In this document: piece after piece, positions 1 through 8,120 of the stretch
Layout of the letters: each line of letters starts with the position of its first letter
How positions within the stretch are numbered: position 1 is the stretch's first letter
Source: an uncultured Gammaproteobacteria bacterium
Lineage (GTDB): Bacteria; Pseudomonadota; Gammaproteobacteria; JABDGN01
Length of the DNA stretch: 38,582 nt
Assembly (NCBI GenBank): GCA_964456955.1
Contig: CAYWDC010000001.1
Location: 1 to 38,582, forward strand
Reading direction: 5' to 3'
Made by a program: the position numbers and the translations under genes
Notes under the pieces: model-generated
Told to the model about the DNA's origin: nothing
Database searches by the model: none
Seen by the model: the letters and a program-made list of their open reading frames with translations, nothing else

Positions 1-258
1 AAGGGTCGGGAGAATAACAGCTGTATACGGATGTTTTGCCGCGTAAGGAATGGTGATAGTGGTTGGAGCTTGACGGAATCATTAAAAGTCAAACAACTTA
101 ATTTTCTATTCCTAAAAATATTCAAGGTGTGTATTTAAATTTCAAGTACCATGCATAAGCATTAACAAGAAGTGAAAAACTGTATCAAATTGTGAGAGTC
201 CATTCTTTAGTCAGAAAGACGTAAAGAACTAGGCAGCTAAATGAAAATTGTCTAATAG

Positions 259-381
259 CTAGATTCCATGAGAGATCCCAGAAGCATTTTTGAGTTTATG
301 CATCAACCATATTTGAGGGAGCATCACTAAAGAGGCTTCTGCGCCTGCAATCCAAGCAAGAATATCAGGCCATATTGTCAC
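259..381 (-). pseudogene. Possible relic of a PQ-loop / SemiSWEET-type membrane protein (first TM helix plus PQ motif only)
   Basis: Hand translation of the minus strand gives VTIWPDILAWIAGAEASLVMLPQIWLMHKLKNASGISHGI-stop. A hydrophobic helix is followed by PQ, then 11 residues, then GIS. This is the same spacing I recall for bacterial SemiSWEETs (E. coli ...APQSIKTIRTRNTEGIS...). There is no ATG (only GTG at 381), the frame closes after 40 codons, and no convincing continuation exists in the other frames. Confidence 0.25.
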
Positions 382-491
382 TTTTTTCTCCGAATATTTT
401 GGTTTTTTTGAAGATGATAATTGATCATTTTTGCAAATATAATATTTTAAATTGCTTTATTTCCAGCATATAGGTAAATTTTTTAATTATT

Positions 492-1301
492 TTATCTAAT
501 TGTAAAGAAATGTTCCACCGGGCCATGACCTTTTCCTAAATGCTGTTTTTTTGCAGCGGCGATGGCAGCACTGAGATAACGCTTTGCGTTGCGAATTGCC
601 GTAGCAAGATCCTTACCTTGTGCTAAATGTGCGGCGATCGCGGCAGATAAAGTACAACCAGTGCCATGCGTATTTTGCGTGGCAATGCGTGGGTGCTGCA
701 GCATCGTGCAACTATTGGTATTATTATCAAAAAACACATCATTTGCTTCCGACGTTGCTAAATGTCCACCCTTTAGTAACACATTGCTTTGATAGGCTTG
801 TCCGAGTGTACGTGCCGCATGTTGCATGGCATCGAGCGAAGCAATATTGTTCGTCCCTAGTAATGCATTTGCCTCTGGAATATTGGGGGTGATTAAAGTC
901 GCCAGCGGAAACAATGTTGGCAGCGTTTTTATTGCTGCAGTATCAATCAGTGGCGCGCCACCTTGCGCCATCATCACAGGATCCAGGACGATATTTTTTG
1001 CTTGCCAATATTGCAAGCGTTGCTTAACAACGAGCATGATGTCGCGACTATAGAGCATGCCAATTTTTACGGCGTGGATTTTTAGATCGGCAAAGATGGC
1101 GTCGATCTGTGCCGCGATCATCGCGACTGGCAAAGCAAAAATATCGTTAACACCTTGCGTATTTTGTGCAGTTATCAGCGTGACTGCCGTTGCCGCATAG
1201 GCGCCGTTAGCGGCAATTGCTTTCAGATCCGCTTGGATGCCGGCACCAGCAGAACTGTCGGAACCGGCGATGCTGAGGACGCCGCTTCTTTCACTGTGCA
1301 A
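492..1301 (-). CDS. thiD: Hydroxymethylpyrimidine / phosphomethylpyrimidine kinase ThiD
   Basis: The ORF-track protein has IAGSDSSAGAGIQADLK near the N-terminus and NTHGTGCTLSAAIAAHLA near the C-terminus, and is collinear with E. coli ThiD. I place the start at TTG 1301 because AAGGAG (plus-strand coordinates 1309-1314) lies 7 nt upstream. The longer ATG-1358 ORF would overlap thiE by 68 nt. Confidence 0.9.
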   Translation of the reverse strand: MHSERSGVLSIAGSDSSAGAGIQADLKAIAANGAYAATAVTLITAQNTQGVNDIFALPVAMIAAQIDAIFADLKIHAVKIGMLYSRDIMLVVKQRLQYWQAKNIVLDPVMMAQGGAPLIDTAAIKTLPTLFPLATLITPNIPEANALLGTNNIASLDAMQHAARTLGQAYQSNVLLKGGHLATSEANDVFFDNNTNSCTMLQHPRIATQNTHGTGCTLSAAIAAHLAQGKDLATAIRNAKRYLSAAIAAAKKQHLGKGHGPVEHFFTIR

Positions 1302-1929
1302 ATTGATACTCCTTAATAAAAGTGTGTAGTTTCCGACAGGCTTGTGGTGGGTTTGCATCTGCTAAGATTGCCGATACTGTAGCAATACCATCGACACCGG
1401 TTTGTAGTACACTGTTAACGTTTTTGTGGTGAATGCCGCCGATGGCAACTAATGGTTTGTCGATTAAATGGCGAAAATCGCGCAAAGCATCAATGCCGAT
1501 TGCTGGTGCTGCAAAAGCTTTGGTTGTCGTCGGAAAAATTGGACCGATGCCAAAATAATCAACATCAGCGTTGGCAAATTCTTTTGCTTGTTGCAGGTTT
1601 TCTAATGATAAGCCGACAATTTTCTTTGCGCCTAAGATCGCACGTGCCTCACTAATGCTGGCGTCGTCTTGTCCTAGGTGCACACCATCCGCGTCGAGTT
1701 GTTTGGCAATGTCGATATGATCATTGATGATTAATTTTATAGGATGCGCGTTGAGCAATGTTTTCAACGTATAACCTACTGCCAATAGGGTTGTTGTGGA
1801 TGCCTCTTTCATGCGCAATTGCACGCAGCTAATACCATGTGGAATTAGTGATGCAACCACAGTAGGGATACCTTGTGGTGCACACATTGCCGTGTCGGTC
1901 ACCAAGTAAAGTGAATAATCCTTGGTCAT
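1291..1929 (-). CDS. thiE: Thiamine-phosphate synthase ThiE
   Basis: 212 aa. It has the LYLVTD N-terminal motif, VQLRMK, and the glycine-rich C-terminal phosphate-binding region VAIGGI. Its ATG overlaps the thiM stop in TAATG. Confidence 0.9.
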   Translation of the reverse strand: MTKDYSLYLVTDTAMCAPQGIPTVVASLIPHGISCVQLRMKEASTTTLLAVGYTLKTLLNAHPIKLIINDHIDIAKQLDADGVHLGQDDASISEARAILGAKKIVGLSLENLQQAKEFANADVDYFGIGPIFPTTTKAFAAPAIGIDALRDFRHLIDKPLVAIGGIHHKNVNSVLQTGVDGIATVSAILADANPPQACRKLHTFIKEYQFAQ

Positions 1930-2732
1930 TAGGCGATGCGCAAAATATCGAGATCCACAGCGCTCAATGCATGCAATTTATCAATCAAACTGGCGTAGAA
2001 TGAGCCTGGTCCTGCAGTGTTACTTGCTGCGTGTTGCCCCGCAATGCTGAAGACGCTCATTGCATACGTTGCTGCGATCCGATAATTATCCTCAATGGCA
2101 GCAAATGCGCCAACCACAGCAGTTGCCGCGCAGCCCATGGCTGTGACGTGAGTAAACAAGGGGGTCCCATTGCTTAGCTTGCTAGTATTTTCTTGCGCAA
2201 CGATAAAATCATCCCTACCACTGATGATGACGACACATTGATTTGTCGTCGCTAATTGTTGCGCGGCAACAACTGCATGCTCGCTGTCTACTAACGAATC
2301 AACTCCCTTGCTATTTGCACAGTAATTTGCCAGTGACATGATTTCTGCCGCATTACCGCGAATGATATCGACGCCGTCAGCAATAATAGTTTTTGCCGTT
2401 TGGGTGCGCAACCTCGATGCACCGGCGCCAACAGGATCAAGAATGATGGGTATTTTTTTCTCCCGTGCACAGCGCTGTGCCGCTTGCATCGATGCGATCC
2501 ATCTTTTATCTAACGTGCCGATATTTAGCACTAACACATTGGCGATGTGAATAATTTCCATCAATTCTTCTGGCGCATGGGCCATTAATGGCGATGCCCC
2601 AAGTGCCAATAAAACATTAGCGCTGCTATTCATCGCTACCAAATTGGTGATGTTGTGCACTAATGGCTTACGTTCACGTAATGTTGTTACCGCAGAAAAA
2701 ATAGCTTGTGAAGTGATAATTTTATTATGCAT
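1929..2732 (-). CDS. thiM: Hydroxyethylthiazole kinase ThiM
   Basis: 267 aa. VHNITNLVAMNSSANVLLALGASPLMA and ILDPVGAGAS are typical ThiM motifs. Confidence 0.9.
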   Translation of the reverse strand: MHNKIITSQAIFSAVTTLRERKPLVHNITNLVAMNSSANVLLALGASPLMAHAPEELMEIIHIANVLVLNIGTLDKRWIASMQAAQRCAREKKIPIILDPVGAGASRLRTQTAKTIIADGVDIIRGNAAEIMSLANYCANSKGVDSLVDSEHAVVAAQQLATTNQCVVIISGRDDFIVAQENTSKLSNGTPLFTHVTAMGCAATAVVGAFAAIEDNYRIAATYAMSVFSIAGQHAASNTAGPGSFYASLIDKLHALSAVDLDILRIA

Positions 2733-2842
2733 TTTATTTTGCTAGTTAAGTATAGAGAAAACAATGCGCTGACCAATGAGTAATAGATGGGTGTTAGCCA
2801 ATACTTTAGTGTTAACTAGATTAAAAAAGAAATTTTAAATAA

Positions 2843-3853
2843 TTAGGTAACTTTTGTAAAGTGCAACCATCGCGCTAGATCTTTAGCGAAGTAAGTAATT
2901 ATAAAATCAGTACCAGCTCGTTTGAGAGCAAGCATATTTTCAATGACCACACTTTTTTCATCAAGCCAACGCCTTTCTGCAGCTGCCTTAATCATCGCGT
3001 ATACACCGCTGACATCATAAGCAGCAAGTGGCACTTGCGGAAACTTTTGTTTAACACGATGGATGATATCTAAATTGGTGATTGCAGGTTTTATCATAAT
3101 GATATCTGCACCTTCGGCAATATCAAGCTCAGTTTCACGCAAGGCTTCATTGGTATTGGCCACATCCATCTGATAGCTTTGTCGATCGCCGCGTTGTGGC
3201 CCACTATCGGCAGCGTCACGGAATGGACTATAGTAGGATGACGCATATTTGACGCTGTAACTTAAAATGGGTACGTGTTGATAATTTGCTTGGTCCAAGG
3301 CACGACGAATTACTTGCACCATTCCATCGATCATGCCGCTTGGCGCAAGCATATCGACACCCGCATTAGCATGTGCAAGCGCTTGTTTTTTCAGGATTTC
3401 TAAGGTTTTATCATTGTTGACATCTAACCTGCTCACGGTTTCGTCAAGGATGCCGCAGTGTCCATGATCAGTAAACTCACAACAACAAATATCGCTGATT
3501 ATCAGTAAATCGGGTGCCATGCTTTTTATTTGGCGAATCGCCTGCTGCACAATACCGTTATCACTGTAAGCATCTGAACCGTAGCCATCTTTTTTTTGTG
3601 GAATGCCAAACAATAACACCGCAGGGATATTTAAGGTCTGGATGTTATTAATTTCAACAGACAAATTTTCTAGGGTAATTTGATACTGTCCTGGCATGCT
3701 AGCGATAGGAGTGTTTGCGCCTCGAACATGCTTGATAAACAGTGGGTAAACGAAATCATTGATGCTAAGGTGCGTTTCACGTACCAAGTCACGCACTTTT
3801 GGGTGATAGCGTAAGCGGCGTAGTCGTGTTGTTGGAAAAGAGGTGTTAGTCAT
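2843..3853 (-). CDS. hemB: Porphobilinogen synthase (delta-aminolevulinate dehydratase), Zn-type
   Basis: Motifs are the N-terminal TTRLRRLR, the cysteine-rich metal site DICCCEFTDHGHCG, and the active-site Lys region IMIKPA. I place the start at ATG 3853 (MTNTSFPTTRLRRLR), which overlaps the tolC stop in ATGACTAA. The track ORF extends 11 codons further, to 3886. Confidence 0.9.
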   Translation of the reverse strand: MTNTSFPTTRLRRLRYHPKVRDLVRETHLSINDFVYPLFIKHVRGANTPIASMPGQYQITLENLSVEINNIQTLNIPAVLLFGIPQKKDGYGSDAYSDNGIVQQAIRQIKSMAPDLLIISDICCCEFTDHGHCGILDETVSRLDVNNDKTLEILKKQALAHANAGVDMLAPSGMIDGMVQVIRRALDQANYQHVPILSYSVKYASSYYSPFRDAADSGPQRGDRQSYQMDVANTNEALRETELDIAEGADIIMIKPAITNLDIIHRVKQKFPQVPLAAYDVSGVYAMIKAAAERRWLDEKSVVIENMLALKRAGTDFIITYFAKDLARWLHFTKVT

Positions 3854-5327
3854 CAGGTGGTTTTTTAGTGATTTCTTTTGCCGCATCTTGTTCTAGCACC
3901 ATAGACTCTTCATTGCTGTTATCTTGTTGTAATAATTTATTTTGCACAAGGAGGTTTTGCTGTTTTTTTAACTCGGATGTTGCTTCATGCTTAGTATTAT
4001 GCGCCTCGCTGTTTGGCACATTGGTGAGATAAAGGTTGACTTGCCGTAAGTCATTGACGCCAAGGATGCCGACAGCTTTTTTCAGTTTAAAGGTGTTAAT
4101 GATATGATCAAACAGATCACTGGTATAGTTTTGTTGACTCTGGTAAAGTTTTGCTTGTGCGCTCAATACATCAGCGATGGTTTTTGTACCAACTTGATAA
4201 CTTGCTTCATTACTTGCTAAGGATGCCTTTGCCGAGTTGATTGCTAGTTTGTCGGCTTTAATTTTGCTGATGTCTGCAGACAACTCCAAGTAGGCATTAC
4301 GAGCCTCAGCGAGGATTTTCCGATGGGTCTGATCTGTGGCAGCGACGGCGATTTGGTAATTGTATTCAGCCGTCTTGGTTTCAGCGCTGTACAAGCCACC
4401 TTGATATAGTGGTACATTTAATGTGACGCCGATTGTTGAATTATAGTACTCTGATTTTCTAAAATAATCATGAGTGTAATTATAATTGCCATTTAAGCGG
4501 AGGGTGGCCATTTTTCGTGCAGATGTTGCTTTAATATTCTCTTTTGTTGCTAGTGCATGATAGCGAGCTGCCATCAGGCTTAAATTATGTTGTTCTGCTG
4601 CTTTAGCCCATTCATCGATGCTTGCCGGGGCTGGTTTTACTAACGGAAAACTCTCTTTGAGCTTGGCGAGGGAACGATAAAACTGTCCAGTGATTTGCCA
4701 TAGCGCTTCCTTATCACTGGCTAATTTATTTTCCGCAGCAAGGTAAGATGCTTTTGCCAAAGCATAGCTGGAGCGTGCATCGTAAACGGACGTAATGGTA
4801 TCTAAGCCAACCTTATAACGTTGCATCGCTATTTGCAGTGAACTGTACAATTGTCGTACATTAGCCATAGAATAATCGAGTACGGCCAGGTCTTTTAATA
4901 TGGTAAAATAAGCGGTTGCAGTGCGCATGATAAGACTTTCCATTGCAACACCGTAATCGGCAGCTGCCGATTTAACATCGAGCTTTATCTCTTTATAATT
5001 TTTCAACTTACTCAAATCGAATAAACTTTGATTCAATGACAAGGTGGCGTCAAACTGGTTAGTCGGACTGAGATAACGCCTACTTCTATCCACGGTCTTA
5101 TTCTGACTACTTTCTAGGTTCAAGTTGGGTAAAAAAGCGGCGCGTGCTTGTGGCAGTTTCGAACGTGCGCTCATATAAGTTGATTTTGCCCGCTTATAGG
5201 TGGGATCACTGGCTTGTGCTTGTCGGTAAACTTGCAGCAGATTAGTGGCCGGGGCTTTGGTAATGTTCCCCACTAATATCATGATGCAAAATAAAAGTGT
5301 TAGTTTTTTTACTGTCTTTATTGTCAT
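3846..5327 (-). CDS. tolC: TolC-family outer membrane efflux channel
   Basis: 493 aa. There is an N-terminal signal peptide (MTIKTVKKLTLLFCIMILVGNITKAPA). The TolC-like repeat begins LLQVYRQAQASDPTYKRAK...LPNLNL, and a second repeat half and a hydrophilic C-terminal tail follow. Confidence 0.85.
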   Translation of the reverse strand: MTIKTVKKLTLLFCIMILVGNITKAPATNLLQVYRQAQASDPTYKRAKSTYMSARSKLPQARAAFLPNLNLESSQNKTVDRSRRYLSPTNQFDATLSLNQSLFDLSKLKNYKEIKLDVKSAAADYGVAMESLIMRTATAYFTILKDLAVLDYSMANVRQLYSSLQIAMQRYKVGLDTITSVYDARSSYALAKASYLAAENKLASDKEALWQITGQFYRSLAKLKESFPLVKPAPASIDEWAKAAEQHNLSLMAARYHALATKENIKATSARKMATLRLNGNYNYTHDYFRKSEYYNSTIGVTLNVPLYQGGLYSAETKTAEYNYQIAVAATDQTHRKILAEARNAYLELSADISKIKADKLAINSAKASLASNEASYQVGTKTIADVLSAQAKLYQSQQNYTSDLFDHIINTFKLKKAVGILGVNDLRQVNLYLTNVPNSEAHNTKHEATSELKKQQNLLVQNKLLQQDNSNEESMVLEQDAAKEITKKPPDD

Positions 5328-5782
5328 CAGCAGAGCTTACGTATCTCGTACACTCAAGTATTGGATATAAAATGTTTTTTTACTCAACTTACTGCCTGCG
5401 CCGGAACCTGTGATGAATCATCACCTGCTTTTTTGCTGTTTCACCTATACTTGTAGTGAATAAATGCTCATGTCAATTACGTATGCTGATATTCCTGGCA
5501 GCATGCGCAAGATACATGCAAGATGAGATTTTGCCGGTCAACTGACCAGGGTTTCCGGGCAATATTGTCGTTCATCTACATCTTTTGATTTTTATTGTCT
5601 GTTAAAGTATACACGAATATAATGCAAATAAAATAAAAAATCATGGTGGTTACCCGCGGCGAAATCCAACTCTGAATGTAGGGTTAGTGTTGCGTCGTAG
5701 GATAAGTATCAATAAGTCCTACAACAAAGGAGCTGCGCTTAACATAGGTGTACAATACGCGCCTGTCCAGTATAATGATATT

Positions 5783-6529
5783 ATGAAAATAAATGTACTA
5801 CAAATTACTGACTGCCATCTATTTGCTGACTCGACCCAGCAGCTAAGAGGTGTCGATACCGAGCAAAGTTTTTTACGGGTATTAGCAGCAATTTGTGCGA
5901 CCACAAGAACCCCAGACCTTATTTTATTAACTGGGGATTTGGCAGATCTGGGCGAAGCCGATGCCTATCGTCGTTTGCTGACACATTGTCAGCGATTGAC
6001 TTGTCCGGTTTTTGCAATCCCGGGTAATCATGACCAAGTGGCTGTGATGAAGCAAATATTCAAAGATAGCAAAATTTCCATGAATCCATCCTTTGTCCGA
6101 GGTGGCTGGCATGTTATTTTGTTGAATTCGGTAGTGCTAGGCGATGACGAAGGCACGCTTGCCCCGAGTGAATTACATTTTCTGCAAACAGCATTGACAC
6201 ATTATGCTACATTGCCAACATTGATTGCCTTGCATCACCACGTGAAACCCGTTCATGGTTATATGGATACGATGATGTTAACCAATGCTGATCTGTTTCA
6301 TGAGATTATCACAGCGCATAAGAGTGTACGTGTGGTGCTGTCTGGCCATGTGCATCAAGCTTTTGAGGAATCATGCAATCATGTAAGGTATCTCGCCAGT
6401 CCATCCACTTGTTTTCAAATTAAAGTCAATATTCCCGAATTTACCAAAGATGAAACATCGATGCCTGGCTATCGCTGGTTAGCATTATATGACGATGGTA
6501 AAATCGAAACCGAAGTGGTTAGGGTTTAA
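5783..6529 (+). CDS. cpdA: 3',5'-cyclic-nucleotide phosphodiesterase CpdA (metallophosphoesterase)
   Basis: Metallophosphoesterase motifs are present: ITDCHL, LTGDLAD, GNHD and SGHVHQ. I use ATG 5783 (MKINVLQITDCHLF). The track ORF starts at GTG 5687 and adds a basic, non-conserved 32-aa extension. The position after tolC matches the E. coli tolC / nudF-yqiB-cpdA-yqiA-parE neighbourhood. Confidence 0.85.
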   Translation: MKINVLQITDCHLFADSTQQLRGVDTEQSFLRVLAAICATTRTPDLILLTGDLADLGEADAYRRLLTHCQRLTCPVFAIPGNHDQVAVMKQIFKDSKISMNPSFVRGGWHVILLNSVVLGDDEGTLAPSELHFLQTALTHYATLPTLIALHHHVKPVHGYMDTMMLTNADLFHEIITAHKSVRVVLSGHVHQAFEESCNHVRYLASPSTCFQIKVNIPEFTKDETSMPGYRWLALYDDGKIETEVVRV

Positions 6530-6586
6530 TCGTTAATGCACCTGCGTGATATGGCCATGAAGTGGTAGAGTCAAATAGGAAGACTC

Positions 6587-6663
6587 ATGGCAAAAAATTA
6601 TAGTGCTAAGATATTGTAGTATTAAACGGTCTTGAACTGGTACAATGTCGTACTGGGTATGTG
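6587..6663 (+). pseudogene. parE: parE (topoisomerase IV subunit B) 5' stub, frameshifted and truncated
   Basis: Hand translation gives ATG 6587 MAKNYSAK, then a stop after two more codons. A shift of +1 at about 6610 gives DIVVLNGLELVQCRTGYV. Joined, MAKNYSAK/DIVVLNGLELVQCRTGYV matches the ParE/GyrB N-terminus (E. coli ParE MTQTYNADAIEVLTGLEPVRRRPGMY) at 11 of 23 aligned positions. No similarity continues past about 6663. The stub lies 58 nt after cpdA, where parE normally sits. Confidence 0.6.
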
Positions 6664-6700
6664 CTTCGACGCATCCAAATGTTCTTATGGCTACCCAGTT

Positions 6701-6718
6701 ATTTGTGAAGTCACAAAT
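6701..6718. promoter_or_regulatory. Perfect 18-bp palindrome ATTTGTGA-AG-TCACAAAT, a candidate operator upstream of the MFS gene
   Basis: Read directly from the sequence. The 8-bp arms are perfect reverse complements and lie 46 nt upstream of ATG 6764. An extended -10-like TGgTACAAT lies at 6638-6646. Confidence 0.35.
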
Positions 6719-6763
6719 CAGTTCATAATATTTTTATCTTGTAAAATCTAACAAGTCTATTTT

Positions 6764-8002
6764 ATGTCAATTAAAATGATAATCATTAGTGTCGCTGTTT
6801 GGCTTGTTGCCACAGTGTTTTATTCGTTGGATTACTTCCAGCATGCCTCCCCCAGTGTATTGTTAATGCCGATTGCCGTGTCGATGCATATGGATGTGAA
6901 TACTGTTGTCGGCGTCATGGCGATTTATTGGCCTGTGTATGCGATATCGCAGCTCCCGGTAGGTTGGTTGCTTGATCGATATGGTTACCAATGGGTCTTG
7001 CCGATTTGCTGCACGATTATGAGTGCGGCTATCGTTATATTTTCGCACATTCCGGTGCTACCTATCATGTGGTTAGCACGAATATTTATCGCCATCGGTT
7101 CTGCCGCCGCTTTTTTAGGGGTATTGAAAGTTGCTGCGATGATGCTGCCCAACTCTATTTTCCCTGTGGCGGTGGGGTTAACCAATACCATTGGCACGTT
7201 GAGTGCCATATTTGGCCAAGTGTTGCTAAGCTATGGTATTACACATTTGGGTTGGCAAAACGCATTGTCGTTGATTGGTTATTTTGGCTTAATATATGGT
7301 GTTGTGCTGTATCTTTGCTTGCGTATCAAGACGCAGACCAAGCATAGTAATATTTCGCGCAAATTATCTTTACAACATTTGGGTGTATTGCAGTCAAAAG
7401 AACTCTGGTTTATTGCCCTTTATGCGGGTCTTATGGTTGGCACGGTTGTTAATGCGTTTTCTGAGCTTTTTGATGTTGTTTTTTTACAATATACTTACCA
7501 CTTAACCGCTATAAAAGCCGCGTCAATCAGTTCCACTATATTTATTGGCATTGCAGTTGGCGGACCCAGTCATGGTGTGATTAGTGCGTTGATAGGTGGC
7601 AAAAAGCGATCGATGATCATTGCAAATCTGTTAACGATTGTCATTTTCGGTATCATTGTATTATTGCCTGCTGCACTGAGTGTGCTTTCTTTATATGTGC
7701 TCTATTTTTCTTTAGGCTTTTTTATTTCCAGTATGTTACTGGCTTTTTCAGTGGTCAATGATATTTTTCCCAATGAAATGCAAGGAACGGTGTTGGCAAT
7801 CGTGAACATGGTTATTGGTTTGTGTGCCGCTTTTTTTCAGCGCTTCATTGGTCATGTCAGTGCCTGCATCAATGGCGGTGACATTAAAATGATAAATAAT
7901 CCCCATGTTTTCACTTTATCGTTTATTTTCTTGTTATGTCCATTGATGTTAAGCTTTGTTTTATTATTATTTACGCGTACGCGTTATAAGGTCATGATTT
8001 AA
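6764..8002 (+). CDS. MFS transporter (12-TM type), substrate unknown
   Basis: 412 aa and highly hydrophobic, with about 12 predicted helices. The loop 2-3 region LLDRYGYQWV resembles the MFS signature. The specific subfamily was not recognised. Confidence 0.7.
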   Translation: MSIKMIIISVAVWLVATVFYSLDYFQHASPSVLLMPIAVSMHMDVNTVVGVMAIYWPVYAISQLPVGWLLDRYGYQWVLPICCTIMSAAIVIFSHIPVLPIMWLARIFIAIGSAAAFLGVLKVAAMMLPNSIFPVAVGLTNTIGTLSAIFGQVLLSYGITHLGWQNALSLIGYFGLIYGVVLYLCLRIKTQTKHSNISRKLSLQHLGVLQSKELWFIALYAGLMVGTVVNAFSELFDVVFLQYTYHLTAIKAASISSTIFIGIAVGGPSHGVISALIGGKKRSMIIANLLTIVIFGIIVLLPAALSVLSLYVLYFSLGFFISSMLLAFSVVNDIFPNEMQGTVLAIVNMVIGLCAAFFQRFIGHVSACINGGDIKMINNPHVFTLSFIFLLCPLMLSFVLLLFTRTRYKVMI

Positions 8003-8120
8003 ATACGCCAGATTAATTAAATGATCGGTTGGTTAACATTTTTAACTAAGATTGCAGATTTAAGTTTGGCTAAGTCTCGTTGTTAAATTGACTAGTATGA
8101 ATATATAAGACAAGGTTACT

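Noticed and set aside
1-258. Possible gene end or start at the left edge (plus frame ...RVGRITAVYGCFAA-stop at about 46; minus frame FRQAPTTITIPYAAKHPYTAVILPTL running off the edge).
   Set aside because: The reads are too short, and neither has a start codon or motif. I cannot tell coding from non-coding from about 90 nt at a window boundary.
2733-2842. I expected a TPP riboswitch in the 110-nt leader of thiM.
   Set aside because: Read in the mRNA sense, the spacer lacks CUGAGA and the ACCUGAU...GCG...AGGGA core. It shows only an 8-bp long-range inverted repeat (CTAGTTAA / TTAACTAG). I report the absence as a finding rather than calling a feature.
6701-6718. The TGTGA...TCACA palindrome as a CRP/FNR binding site.
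   Set aside because: The half-sites are separated by 2 nt, not the 6 nt required for CRP-family dimers. I keep it only as a generic candidate operator.
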